NCBI GenBank assembly: GCA_963788655.1
Contig: CAWBHS010000081.1
Span: 64,001 to 128,000, forward strand
Direction: 5' to 3'
Origin: an uncultured Verrucomicrobiae bacterium
GTDB lineage: Bacteria > Verrucomicrobiota > Verrucomicrobiia > Limisphaerales > JAFGQR01
DNA length: 64,000 nucleotides
The translations under genes and the position numbers were made by a program. This document shows positions 21,473 to 31,196 of this stretch, in pieces (position 1 is the stretch's first letter; the number at the start of each line of letters is the position of its first letter). The notes beneath the pieces are model-generated. The model saw only the letters and a list, made by a program, of their open reading frames with translations. It was not told the origin of the DNA and searched no databases.

Positions 21473-22243
21473 TCACATCCCCATAATTTGGTACCCGCAA
21501 TCCACGTAAAGCACCTGTCCGGTAATGGCCGCGGCCCCGTCGCTGGCGAGGAACAGTCCCGTGGCGCCGAGTTCGTCCGGAACGACGTTGCGTTTGAGCG
21601 GGGCGTGTTCCTCGTAATGCTTGAGCATAGCGCTGAAGCCGGAAATACCCCGGGCAGCCAGCGTGTTCACCGGTCCGGCACTGATACAGTTCACCCGGAT
21701 CTTCTGCGGTCCCAGGTCGTAAGCCAGGTAACGAGTGCTGGCTTCCAGCGAGGCTTTGGCCACGCCCATAACGTTGTAATGGGGCACCACCTTCTCCGCG
21801 CCGTAATAACTCATGGCCACGATGCTGCCACCGTCGGTCATCAATGGAGCCGCGGCGCGCCCCAGGGCGATCAGCGAATAGGCGCTGACATCGTGCGCAA
21901 TGCGAAAGGCCTCGCGGCTGGTGTTGACAAACTGGCCTTCCAGCGCGTCCTTCGGCGCAAACGCCACCGAGTGCAGCAGCAGATGCAGCTTGCCGAATTT
22001 TTGTCCAACCTCGGCGAACACGCGGGCAATCTCGTCGTCTTTGGTCACGTCGCACGGCAGGATCAACGTATCGGCGCCAAACGTACCGGCCAGCTCTTCG
22101 ACATTATCCTTGAGCCGCTCGCCTTGATAGGTGAACGCCAGCCGGGCACCGGCCTGGGCCCAGGCTTGCGCGATGGCCCAGGCGATGGAGCGTTTGTTGG
22201 CGACGCCAAAGACAATTCCCAGTTTTCCTTCGAGTAATGACAT
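21473..22243 (-). CDS. fabI: Enoyl-ACP reductase
   Basis: GVANKRSIAW, HSVAFAP, YNVMGVAKASLE, RVNCISAGP..TLAA.GI. Confidence 0.96.
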   Translation of the reverse strand: MSLLEGKLGIVFGVANKRSIAWAIAQAWAQAGARLAFTYQGERLKDNVEELAGTFGADTLILPCDVTKDDEIARVFAEVGQKFGKLHLLLHSVAFAPKDALEGQFVNTSREAFRIAHDVSAYSLIALGRAAAPLMTDGGSIVAMSYYGAEKVVPHYNVMGVAKASLEASTRYLAYDLGPQKIRVNCISAGPVNTLAARGISGFSAMLKHYEEHAPLKRNVVPDELGATGLFLASDGAAAITGQVLYVDCGYQIMGM

Positions 22244-22302
22244 AGTTCGATTTTTCTTGTTGGCGCTGAGCATGCCGGCAAAACGGGGGAAGGATCAAGT
22301 AT

Positions 22303-23682
22303 TCAACTGCGCCGCCCGTTGCGCCGCAGCCAGAAGAGGCCGGCCAATCCCACCACCAACAAGCCACTGACCGCCAGCGTGCTTACGTTGGGCTGTCCGG
22401 AAAAATAACGCAGCACCGCCGCACCGAGCGCCGGCCCGGCGAAGATCCCGAAGCCGATGGCGGACTCGTGAATCCCGCCGTGGACGCCTTTGGTCTCCGT
22501 GGTATCCATTGAATAGAAAAGTGATGAGTAGTAAATCAGCCCGATGGCCCAACCAAAAAAGAGTTGGGCGATCACCACCGCCCACAACTGCGGCACCAGG
22601 AACACAGCGAGGAAACTGCCGATCAGCGCCAGGTACGCACTCAGCAGCCAGCCAAAGTGGTAATGCCATCGTGTCCATTGCCAGTGCAGCACGAACGCCC
22701 CCAGCCGGGCAAAGAGCCAGATCGAACAAAAAAATCCGGCGTACATTGGGGTCAGTTCGTAGCGGCGGGCCAGCGCCGGGATCAGCGGAATCACGGTGCT
22801 GATGGCGATGTAGGCAAACGGATTGGCGAGCCAGGCCATGCGTTGGAACGTGGCTGCGGTCGCGGGAACTGCGTTGCTCGGATCGACATCCGAAGGCCAG
22901 TCCGCAGTGGTCGCGGAGTCCAATGATTGAAGCGGGACCGAATCGGGATTAGGTGCGAAACGGGCGCCGTCCAATTCAGGGGTAGCGTTTGGCAACGCTG
23001 CTTCGGAAATACGACTGGAAGCGGCGACGTGGGCGAGGTCGGAAGCGGGGGCAACCGTGACGCGGGAAAGTTGTTGTTCGAAATGATAACGTCGTTCGAG
23101 CCAAAAGGTGAGTCCCCACTGCACTGCGTGGAGTATCGCCGGAATCCAGAACACGCTCGCCGATCCCAGGAACGTAAACAATGCCCCACCCGCAAACGAT
23201 GCGATCCCACCACCGCTGGCCCACACCACGTTGTAAATGCCGACCATCCGGGTAACACCCGCCCGGTCTTCGTCTTCGCTCGCCAGCGCTTCGAGCGTGG
23301 GCCAGGTGAAACACATGCCAACCGTCCAGAGCAGAATGCCGGCGACTTGTGCCGCGCTGCCGCCGACCAGCAGACCAGTCAGCATGCCCAATCCCATGAT
23401 GGCGAAGCCAACTTTGAGGCTTGTGAAATAACCGTAAGTCTGGCCGAACCGTCCGCCGTACCAGGCGGACAAGCAATAGACCAGTCCGCTGGTCGCGGCC
23501 ATCGCGAGGTTGCTCAAATTGCTAAATCCGAACCGAAGCTGAAGGTAGAAAAACAGGTAGGTGAAATAATAAACCGTGGCCAAGGCGTTGAGGGCCTCCA
23601 ACGTGAAATATCCCAGCTTGAGTTTGCGATGCGTCATTGGCAGCGATGAATCGGGCCCCGCCGATCGGGCGGTGGCCGTCAT
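22303..23682 (-). CDS. MFS transporter
   Basis: Two bundles of about 6 hydrophobic helices separated by a long Ala/Pro/Ser-rich loop; GIHESAIGFGIFAGPALG; start could be at MTHRK. Confidence 0.8.
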   Translation of the reverse strand: MTATARSAGPDSSLPMTHRKLKLGYFTLEALNALATVYYFTYLFFYLQLRFGFSNLSNLAMAATSGLVYCLSAWYGGRFGQTYGYFTSLKVGFAIMGLGMLTGLLVGGSAAQVAGILLWTVGMCFTWPTLEALASEDEDRAGVTRMVGIYNVVWASGGGIASFAGGALFTFLGSASVFWIPAILHAVQWGLTFWLERRYHFEQQLSRVTVAPASDLAHVAASSRISEAALPNATPELDGARFAPNPDSVPLQSLDSATTADWPSDVDPSNAVPATAATFQRMAWLANPFAYIAISTVIPLIPALARRYELTPMYAGFFCSIWLFARLGAFVLHWQWTRWHYHFGWLLSAYLALIGSFLAVFLVPQLWAVVIAQLFFGWAIGLIYYSSLFYSMDTTETKGVHGGIHESAIGFGIFAGPALGAAVLRYFSGQPNVSTLAVSGLLVVGLAGLFWLRRNGRRS

Positions 23683-23714
23683 AGCATGACGGACTCTTTA
23701 GCCAAGGGGCATGA

Positions 23715-23860
23715 AATGACCAATGGCCAAGGACCAATGACCAGAGAATGACCAATGCCCAAGGACCAGTTAAGCAGAGTGAGGCCGTGTGATTGGCGAT
23801 TGGAACTTGGGAATTGGAGCATTCTTTGGGACTCGGTCATTGGACATTGGTCATTGCCAT
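23715..23860. repeat. Heptamer-based (AATGACC / GGTCATT) inverted tandem repeat element, copy 1
   Basis: aatgaccaatggccaaggaccaatgaccagagaatgaccaatgccc followed by the complementary ggaattgg..ggtcattggacattggtcatt arm; similar copy at 52530-52640. Confidence 0.75.
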
Positions 23861-23956
23861 TGCAAGCAATCCTCGACCTGCCCAGAATGCCACAATTCCT
23901 CTGGCGTGTTCGCCTTTCGTTCGTTCGGCTTTCGAATTTCCGTCGCTCCTTCCTCG

Positions 23957-24472
23957 CTAATAATCGTACAGCCCGCTGTCGTGGCTGTAAGCACCGCCAC
24001 CGCCGCCCATACCGTCTTCATCGCCTGGTCCGCCCATGAAATCGCCCAACACGTCGCCCATGTCCTCTTCGATCTTCTCAGGATCTTCGCCCGCCTCGAG
24101 CCGTTTGATGGCCACGTCCATTTCCTTGGGCATGGTGCCGGCGGGCATGAGATCCTTCATCTTCTTCATCAGATGCGCCATGTGCTTGGGATTATTTTCA
24201 TCCAAATGTTCCATGTCGCGCTCCAATTCGCCCATGGCCCGCATCACGCGCGGATCGTCCATGTCCGGCATCGACGGACCGCCTTCGTCGTCCATCTCCG
24301 GTTTGGCGGCGGGTTCCTTGATCCCCTTGGTCATGGCGAACCGGCTCATTTGGCGGACCATTTTCTTATTGCCGCATTTGGGGCACTTCGGCTGGCGCTC
24401 CGGGTTGACTCGCTGCGAAAGGAAATTAAAAATCACCCGGCACTTCGGGCAGGCAAATTCGTAGATCGGCAT
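23957..24472 (-). CDS. FmdB-family zinc-ribbon protein
   Basis: MPIYEFACPKC...CPKCG; acidic Met/Gly-rich C-terminus. Confidence 0.85.
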   Translation of the reverse strand: MPIYEFACPKCRVIFNFLSQRVNPERQPKCPKCGNKKMVRQMSRFAMTKGIKEPAAKPEMDDEGGPSMPDMDDPRVMRAMGELERDMEHLDENNPKHMAHLMKKMKDLMPAGTMPKEMDVAIKRLEAGEDPEKIEEDMGDVLGDFMGGPGDEDGMGGGGGAYSHDSGLYDY

Positions 24473-24607
24473 AGTTCGTTACACAATTCCATTGTTCCAA
24501 CACCGTGGAGAATGAACAAAGGAACCTTCCCGCGTCAAGCGCCGGACACAATTCAATTCCTGCGCGCCGGCGATCTTTTCACCCCTTCTCCGCTCCAGAA
24601 CCATCGA

Positions 24608-24693
24608 GGTGGGGCGCTCAGTCCTCTGCGCCGCGAACGTTGCCGACTGCGCCCTGGGACAAAGCGGCGGGCACGGAGTGGCGCGCCCGACCA
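24608..24693. repeat. REP-like imperfect inverted repeat
   Basis: ggtggggcgctcagtcctctgcgccgc ... gcggcgggcacggagtggcgcgcccgacc, intergenic. Confidence 0.55.
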
Positions 24694-24709
24694 GCCCCCT
24701 GAATGACAA

Positions 24710-25774
24710 TTACCACGATCCCCCTCCCGCAGCAGCGCCACGCGTGTCAACCCACTTCGGAAAACGGGAGCTGGCGATCTTCCGAATTTGGCCGTCGGCT
24801 TCACGAACGATGAACAGCGCGGAAGCCTTGGGATGTTGTTCGATCCAACGCAGTCCTTCCTTTTCTCCCAACACAAACAGGGTGGTGGCCACGCCATCCG
24901 CCCGAAGGCAAGTGTCGGCCACCACCGAGACGCTGTGGAGGCGGTGATGAACGGGCGTGCCGGTGCGCGGATCGATGATGTGCGAATACAAACGCCCTTG
25001 CGCATCCTCGTAAAACCGCCGGTAATCGCCCGACGTGGCAATGGCTTGGTTGCTCACCGAAATGATGGCCGCGAGATCATCGCCACCGAACGCAGCGGGA
25101 TTGGGCGCTTCCACGCCGACGCGCCAGGGTTGTTGCCGCGGGCTCAGGCCATAAGCAACCACTTCACCGCCGATCTCGACGAACACATTGGTGATCCCAT
25201 GATCGCGGATGACGCGCGCAACTTCATCGACGCCAAACCCTTTAGCCACGGCGCTAAGGTTCAATTGCAACTGCGGCAAATCCTTTTGTAATTCGCCAGT
25301 CTCAGTAACGCGGAGATGCTGGCAGCCACAAACTTTGCGCGCTTGGGCCACTTGCTCCGCTGGCGGTGGTGTGAACCGGTCGCCTTGCTGGCCGAACCCC
25401 CAGACGTTGATGAGCGGTCCCAGCGTGGGATCGAACACGCCGTCGGAAGCCCGATTCAATTCAATAGCAAAACGCGTCACCATGGCAAAACCCGCTGCGA
25501 CTTTGAAGGGCGCCGTGGACGTCAAGTTGTTGAACTGCGAGAGTTCGCTGTTGGTCTGGTAGTGCGACATTTGCCGGTTGACCTCTATAAGGCGATTTTC
25601 CACTTCGACTTTGAGTTGCTCGAATTTCGAATCGGTCAGCGCGGTGCGGGCGATCTTAATCGAGTAAGTAGTGCCCATCGTTTCGCCCTGCCAGGCGAAG
25701 TCGCGAGTGGGTGCTTCCGCGCCAATCGCGCCGCGGATGCAAAGCGTGATCAAGACTATCGTCAAAAGCCGCAT
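24710..25774 (-). CDS. apbE: FAD:protein FMN transferase
   Basis: GETMGTTY, FDPTLGPLINVWGF, LSAVAKGFGVD, EIGGE, ATSGDYRR, HIIDPRTG, ADGVAT; signal peptide from MRLLTIV. Confidence 0.93.
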   Translation of the reverse strand: MRLLTIVLITLCIRGAIGAEAPTRDFAWQGETMGTTYSIKIARTALTDSKFEQLKVEVENRLIEVNRQMSHYQTNSELSQFNNLTSTAPFKVAAGFAMVTRFAIELNRASDGVFDPTLGPLINVWGFGQQGDRFTPPPAEQVAQARKVCGCQHLRVTETGELQKDLPQLQLNLSAVAKGFGVDEVARVIRDHGITNVFVEIGGEVVAYGLSPRQQPWRVGVEAPNPAAFGGDDLAAIISVSNQAIATSGDYRRFYEDAQGRLYSHIIDPRTGTPVHHRLHSVSVVADTCLRADGVATTLFVLGEKEGLRWIEQHPKASALFIVREADGQIRKIASSRFPKWVDTRGAAAGGGSW

Positions 25775-25843
25775 GCTCCAGTGTGGGGGAGCCGAGGCGG
25801 TCCGGTGCAAGCGAAAAAGCAGTGACTCAGAGTGGCAGCCCGA

Positions 25844-25916
25844 TTCACCGTAAAGACGCGAAGCGCGCAAAGAACGTCGCTGAGTAACTTTGCGCCCTTC
25901 GTGACTTTGCGGTGAA
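25844..25916. repeat. Palindromic REP-like element (TTCACCG...CGGTGAA family), copy 2
   Basis: ttcaccgtaaagacgcgaagcgcgcaaag / ctttgcgcccttcgtgactttgcggtgaa. Confidence 0.75.
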
Positions 25917-26059
25917 ATGGAGCCGTCCAAGCCCTTTGCGGGCAACCGTTCCGGTTCGCGCGGGACGATGCGCCCCTCATCAAATTCAACTTAGGTCGGC
26001 GGCTACGGCGGCCGCGAAATATCCTGGCCAATGTGTCCGCTGATGCTTGCGGGCCTCAA

Positions 26060-28057
26060 TCACGTTCCCCCCGCGTCCCCGCCGGCAAAGGAAAGGGCCT
26101 CCTCCAGCCACGTGTCGGTGCGCAACACAGTCTTGCGTTGTTTGAAGGTGTGATGTTGGGAGTTGTGTTGCGCCAACACGAAGGCGGCTTGGGCAATTCT
26201 CCGGCGGCCGGGCACGCCGTTGCGAAGGCTGCGCCGCAAGGCATGTTGCAACGATCGCGGCAGGTAGCGGCGGATGAGTTCGTCCTCGGCGCTGACAAAT
26301 GCTTGCGCGCTGCCGGGATCTCCCTGCCGGGCAGAACGACCAAAGAGCTGCCGGTCCACCCGCCCGGACTCGTGGCGTTCGGTGGACAGCACGTGCAATC
26401 CGCCGTTGATCGCCACACCGGCGCCCAGTTTTATGTCCGTACCGCGTCCGGCCATGTTGGTGGCAATGGTGATGCATCCGGGTTCCCCGGCCAGGGCCAC
26501 GATGGCGGCTTCTTCCTGATGGCGCACCGCGTTGAGCAAGCGGAACTCCAGCTTCCGCTCGTGGAGCAAGGTGGCGAGCTTTTCACTGGCCGCCACACTG
26601 CGCGAGCCGACCAGGATTGGGCGACCGACGGTGTGCAGCCGTTCGATTTCCTCGACAATAGCCGTCCATTTGGAATCTTCATCCGCAAACACCCGGTCCG
26701 GCCAATGCTCGCGGATGCACGGCTTGTTGGTCGGGATGGCAACCACTGGGAGCTTGTAGATTTGCCAAAATTCCCCCGCCGCCTCGCGGGCCGTGCCCGA
26801 CATGCCGGCCAAGCGATGAAAGCACCGGAAGAACCGTTGAAAGCTGAGCCGGGCGATGGTTTCGGAGGGATTGGAAATGGTCAATTCTTCCTTGGCTTCG
26901 ATGGCCTGGTGTAAACCCTGACGCCAGGTGCGCTGGGGCATTTGCCGGCCGGTGAATTCATCGACGATGACGATCTTCTCGCTGTCCGCAATGATGTATT
27001 GCTTATCACGATGAAAGAATTCGCGCGCCACCAATGCCTGCCGGATTAATTCGTCCCGCCGGTCCCGGCCCTGCCAAAGCCCGGGCAACGACGCGCAAGC
27101 CGCCGCCACCTTTTCGCGCCCCGGCCGGGTCAATTCGATTTCCCGGTAACGTTGATTGAGCTGGTAGTCCGTTCCGGTTGCCAGGGAGTCCGCAATCTGT
27201 TGGGCGATGGTAACGGCTTGTTCGAGGTTCTCATTTTTCTGCGCCGCGGAGATGATGAGCGGCGTCACCGCTTCGTCCACCAATACGCTGTCCGCTTCGT
27301 CCACAATGGCGGTATATAGGCCCCGCATCACCAAGCCGTCGCGCACCGCCAATTGCGGACGTAGCAACTGACGGATCAATCGGCGTGACGGATGATTCAG
27401 CGTGCCGAGCCGCAACCGGTCGCGCAGAAAGTCCGCCAGCAACTCTTTACTGGTCACGTACGTGATGTCCGCCGCGTAACCCTTCTGGCGGTCTGGCGGC
27501 TCCATCGCACCAGTAACGCAGCCTTCGCGAACGCCGCAAAAGGTGTAGAGCGGCCGCATCCATTTCGCGTCACGCTGAACGAGGTAATCGTTCACCGTCA
27601 CGATGTGGCAGGGGCGCCGGGTCCATCCCGCCAGCACCGCCGCCAGACTGGCCGTCAGCGTCTTGCCTTCGCCGGTGGCCATTTCCGCCAGGTAACCTCG
27701 GTGCAACGCCAACGCCCCCATCAGTTGCACGACGAACGGCCGCAATCCCAGGAGCCGCGCGGCCGCTTCCCGAACGGCCGCCAGCGCCGGCACGACGCAA
27801 TCTTCAACATCTTTCCCGCCCCGACGGAATTGCGCGCGAAACTCCATGAGTTTCTCGTGCAATTGATGATTGGGCAGATCCTGCCAGTGGCCGGCATGCG
27901 CGTCGATGGTTTCGGCGAGGCGGCGCAGGTCCGTCAGAATGTGCGGGCGACGATGGTAATGTCCCGCCACGCTGTGGACCGCCGCGTCCAATCCCTTGAG
28001 CAAACGCGGCGGCGTGCGGTGACTAAAGCGGCGGAATTGCTGAGTGGGCGTGATCAC
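26060..28057 (-). CDS. Secondary SecA-like ATPase (SecA_DEAD + preprotein cross-link + helicase C; no wing/scaffold C-terminus), about 665 aa
   Basis: EMATGEGKT, VTVNDYL, DEADSVLVDEAVTPLIIS, VDEFTGR, GLHQAIEAKE, ATNMAGRGTDIKL, HESGRVDRQLFGRSARQGDPGS. Ends far short of canonical SecA. GTG start 7 nt after the M50 gene stop. Confidence 0.9.
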   Translation of the reverse strand: MITPTQQFRRFSHRTPPRLLKGLDAAVHSVAGHYHRRPHILTDLRRLAETIDAHAGHWQDLPNHQLHEKLMEFRAQFRRGGKDVEDCVVPALAAVREAAARLLGLRPFVVQLMGALALHRGYLAEMATGEGKTLTASLAAVLAGWTRRPCHIVTVNDYLVQRDAKWMRPLYTFCGVREGCVTGAMEPPDRQKGYAADITYVTSKELLADFLRDRLRLGTLNHPSRRLIRQLLRPQLAVRDGLVMRGLYTAIVDEADSVLVDEAVTPLIISAAQKNENLEQAVTIAQQIADSLATGTDYQLNQRYREIELTRPGREKVAAACASLPGLWQGRDRRDELIRQALVAREFFHRDKQYIIADSEKIVIVDEFTGRQMPQRTWRQGLHQAIEAKEELTISNPSETIARLSFQRFFRCFHRLAGMSGTAREAAGEFWQIYKLPVVAIPTNKPCIREHWPDRVFADEDSKWTAIVEEIERLHTVGRPILVGSRSVAASEKLATLLHERKLEFRLLNAVRHQEEAAIVALAGEPGCITIATNMAGRGTDIKLGAGVAINGGLHVLSTERHESGRVDRQLFGRSARQGDPGSAQAFVSAEDELIRRYLPRSLQHALRRSLRNGVPGRRRIAQAAFVLAQHNSQHHTFKQRKTVLRTDTWLEEALSFAGGDAGGT

Positions 28058-28064
28058 GCGGCGT

Positions 28065-30215
28065 TCACATTTGATACCGCTTTTGCAGAAGTTGGTACAG
28101 ACGACGCATCCAGCGAGGCAGCAGCGGCTCGGGATCGAGATCAAAACGAATCTTGCCGGCGCGTCCATGGACATAGGCGACTTCCGGATCCGTCGGCAAA
28201 TCGGCATGAACTTCAAAAAACGGCTCCGCCGCCTTCGACGGATCCTTCGGCGTGACGGCAACCTCGCCACCCGCGGCCCAGCCCAATGCGGGCGAGGGTA
28301 ATTGCTGTTTGCCGCCAGGAATGACTTCCCAACTTTTGGCGCGAATCATTTCTCCTGCCTGGCCGTACAACCGAATTTCCGCGCCATGAATGTGCCGGGC
28401 AAAAATGGCATCGACATCCGCCTGTTCGACCGTAGCCGTGAACTCAAACGTGGCCGGTTCAACCAACAACCCCAGAGGCGTGCCACGTTCCAACCGCCGT
28501 CCCAGGTAATCCTGAATGCCGGGCGCCACCCAGACGCCGGGCTGCCGAGCCCGAACTACCAAAGACGCGTGATCGGCTTTCAATTTGCGCAAACGCTGCG
28601 TCACGGTTTCCATCCGGCTTTGGAGCGGTTTCAGATTGGCGGTGGCCTCTTTCATGGCCTGACGGAGACGCGCTTCAATTTCCTGGTAACGTGCCTGCGC
28701 GTTGACCAAATCCAGTTCGAGCTCCGGATTGCTCAATTGCACGAGCGCATCATTCGGTCGCACGCGACTGCCTGGCTGGGCCAGCACGGTTTGGACGGTG
28801 CCCGCGACCTCATTCAATACCAACGACCGATCATGCGCCTGAAGAATGCCCGGCGCACGGAAATGGCTGGGAAAGGGAATGACCGCCAGCAATACCAGGA
28901 GCGCTGCCGCCAGGCCCACCGTGGCAGCCACGGCCCGCGGACGGTTCCGATCGAGACGGGGACTGGACGCGAGGTAATGGATGAACTTGCCAACCGGCAC
29001 AATCACCCAGGAGATCAGACAGACGACCGCCATGATGATGCCCAGAATAAAAAAACGGTCGGCGACCAGCAGCAAGATGCCGCCGAAGACAATCACCCGA
29101 TAAATCCCGCTGGCAATGCCGAAGACCACCAGCCAGACGGCCTCGCGGCGATTGTTCGCCGGGCTGTCCTCTTTCTTTAAACCAAACAACCAGCGTTCGG
29201 CATAAAAGCGCAGTTGCCGCATGGCGCGCTGGGAGAGGTTCGGGATTTCGAGCAGGTCGGACAAAATGTAGTAACCATCAAACCGCAGCAACGGATTGAC
29301 GTTGAACACGACCGTGGACACTGACGCGACAAACAACATGTTGTACGCCAGGCTGTGGATGGTGCCGGGCCCAGTGTTTGCCCAGACAAAAACCGCCAGC
29401 GCGGCCACGAACAACTCGACGATCATGCCCGCGCATCCGACCAGGATGCGTTTCCAGCGGCTGCGGAAGGCCCAACTTGAAGTGGCATCCACGTACGGCA
29501 CCGGCGTGAAGATCATGAACAGGATGCCCATGGTGTGAACTTCGCCGCCGAACCGACGGCAGAAAAAGGCATGGCCGAACTCGTGCAGCGTCTTGATGAT
29601 CACCAATCCCGCGTACAGCAGGAACAAGTTGTCCGGCGCCAGCACCGCCTGCGAATGTTCGCGCAGCGTGGAAAAATTGTCGGCTACAACCTTCAATCCC
29701 CACCCGACCACCACCAGCCAGATCAAGGCGCCAATCGGATTGAGCAGCTTGCCCACCAGCGGCATTGCGCGCACCAGAAACCGGTCGGGATCCAGCAGCG
29801 GGATGCGCATGAACATGATGTTCATCAATCGCGCCGCAGTTTCGCGTTGTTTGCGTTTCTTGTACCGGTCGAACAATTGGGCGCTGTCAGCGGCCAGATC
29901 GTATTGCAGCAGGTTGGCGAAATACAATTGGGACAACAACTGGATTACGGCTTCCTGGCCGGGGGCTTCATCGGGGAACCGGTTGAGGCACTGCTGCCAG
30001 GCCTCCTGCACCGTGCAGTCCGGCCGCAAGCGCGCGACGAACTCGTACGCCGCGGGCCGGAGCCGGAAGAACTGGTTGCTGAAGGGATTCTCCAGGACGA
30101 TCCACCGATCCCCTCGATAATTTTGGCGCCGCACCTTGATGCCAGGGCGCAGGTGAATGCGCTGGTTGGCAATGCGGTACCACGACTCACTAAAAGTTGG
30201 AAGACTTTCAGCCAT
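28065..30215 (-). CDS. PqqD/RRE-like + M50 (site-2) zinc metalloprotease + HlyD-type membrane-fusion protein
   Basis: HEFGH and NVNPLLRFDGYY M50 motifs within TM segments. N-terminal winged-helix-like region (WIVLENP..NQFFRL..TVQEAW..VIQLLSQL). C-terminal lipoyl halves (EVAGTVQTVLAQPGSRV; ARQPGVW) flanking a coiled coil. Confidence 0.88.
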   Translation of the reverse strand: MAESLPTFSESWYRIANQRIHLRPGIKVRRQNYRGDRWIVLENPFSNQFFRLRPAAYEFVARLRPDCTVQEAWQQCLNRFPDEAPGQEAVIQLLSQLYFANLLQYDLAADSAQLFDRYKKRKQRETAARLMNIMFMRIPLLDPDRFLVRAMPLVGKLLNPIGALIWLVVVGWGLKVVADNFSTLREHSQAVLAPDNLFLLYAGLVIIKTLHEFGHAFFCRRFGGEVHTMGILFMIFTPVPYVDATSSWAFRSRWKRILVGCAGMIVELFVAALAVFVWANTGPGTIHSLAYNMLFVASVSTVVFNVNPLLRFDGYYILSDLLEIPNLSQRAMRQLRFYAERWLFGLKKEDSPANNRREAVWLVVFGIASGIYRVIVFGGILLLVADRFFILGIIMAVVCLISWVIVPVGKFIHYLASSPRLDRNRPRAVAATVGLAAALLVLLAVIPFPSHFRAPGILQAHDRSLVLNEVAGTVQTVLAQPGSRVRPNDALVQLSNPELELDLVNAQARYQEIEARLRQAMKEATANLKPLQSRMETVTQRLRKLKADHASLVVRARQPGVWVAPGIQDYLGRRLERGTPLGLLVEPATFEFTATVEQADVDAIFARHIHGAEIRLYGQAGEMIRAKSWEVIPGGKQQLPSPALGWAAGGEVAVTPKDPSKAAEPFFEVHADLPTDPEVAYVHGRAGKIRFDLDPEPLLPRWMRRLYQLLQKRYQM

Positions 30216-30323
30216 GCATTGTTCGAATGGACTTTAGGCTAATTGCGCCGCCGATGCAACCTTGCTGCTGCGCGGGCATTGGAAGACCTCAAGAACTATG
30301 AGACTAGTACCGGAAGTAGCATT

Positions 30324-30459
30324 AACCACGGATTTCATGGATTTCACGGATACAAAACCTTGGACGCCCGAGGCGTCGCCAAGTTGCCTCACAATACAGG
30401 TGACCACTCTTCTTCAGGAAAGTTCTTCGCCATCTGTGTAATCCGGGCGATCCGTGGTT
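30324..30459. repeat. Long imperfect inverted repeat (AACCACGGAT...ATCCGTGGTT)
   Basis: aaccacggatttcatggatttcacggat ... atctgtgtaatccgggcgatccgtggtt, with 9-nt internal periodicity in the arms. Confidence 0.7.
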
Positions 30460-30469
30460 CCAACTGCTT

Positions 30470-30762
30470 TGAGGTTCAAGTGGTGCGACGGCAGGGGTGC
30501 TGTGGGAAGAAGGCATTTTGAAAAATATTGCTCGCCGAGTTCGCTGACGGTTTGGGGGAAGGAGCATTATGGGGAAGAACGCCGGGCGAGTAAGTGGGAG
30601 CGAGTCGAGCGCACTGTGTCCGCCGAACCGCGCCGTTCGGGCTGCAAAAAGTTGCGCTTGGCGCAGACGCCGACGGAGCAGCGGGTGAAGGTATGGCTGG
30701 CGAATGGTGACCGGTCAGCCATCTCTAACTTGGCGTGTGCGCGAAAATTTTGGAAAAAGTGA
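30470..30762 (+). mobile_element. Degenerate RAYT/IS200-like transposase C-terminal remnant
   Basis: VRRQGCCGKKAF*KILLAE then GKEHYGEERRAS..ERVERTV..RLAQ..KVWLANG..ISNL, resembling Y1-transposase tails (recalled). 30621-30777 aligns at roughly 75% with 33019-33174. Confidence 0.6.
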
Positions 30763-31069
30763 GAACATACTCTTTCAAAAGAACCTTCCAATAACCGGGA
30801 CCGCCCCCTTCACCTTTACGGTGGGATGTGCGCCGACGCGGCGGCAGACGGCCGGGAACCCGCTGTAAACTGGTCACAGGGAGGGGCTGCGTCGGTGCCC
30901 GGGGCCAACCGCCCGCCCAAAACCCAAACCCCAAAAAACACTGCTTGCCTCGCCGGCGTGCGCGCCTAAAATCCACAAAAATGAACCTTTATGGAAAAGC
31001 AATTCTCCGTGAACCGCGGAGCGTCCAAAAAGCAAATTCCTATCAATTTAATGGAGCGAAGGAGGCAGA

Positions 31070-31179
31070 GTAGGGCCGGCGTCCCGCCGGCCTCAAACGG
31101 AGTTGCTCTCTTCCTGCACCCGGACATGCTGCGTTCCGATCGTGCCCACTCAGTCAACGCTGGGGGACGTCGGCCCTAC
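31070..31179. repeat. GTAG-footed REP doublet (REPIN-like)
   Basis: GTAG-GGCCGGCG-TCC-CGCCGGCC hairpin, with inverted partner ggacgtcggccCTAC; same architecture at 42765. Confidence 0.7.
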
Positions 31180-31196
31180 TTTGAGGGAGTGACCGC

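Noticed and set aside
23715..23860. CRISPR array
   Set aside because: 7-nt periodicity without unique spacers; no cas genes and no repeat-spacer array seen anywhere in the window.
26060..28057. Housekeeping secA
   Set aside because: About 665 aa, lacks the C-terminal wing/scaffold region and has an atypical N-terminus and gene context; treated as a secondary paralog.
28058..28270. 71-aa N-terminal extension of the SecA-like ORF
   Set aside because: Overlaps the M50 gene 3' end out of frame; GTG at 28057 right after the M50 stop is more plausible.
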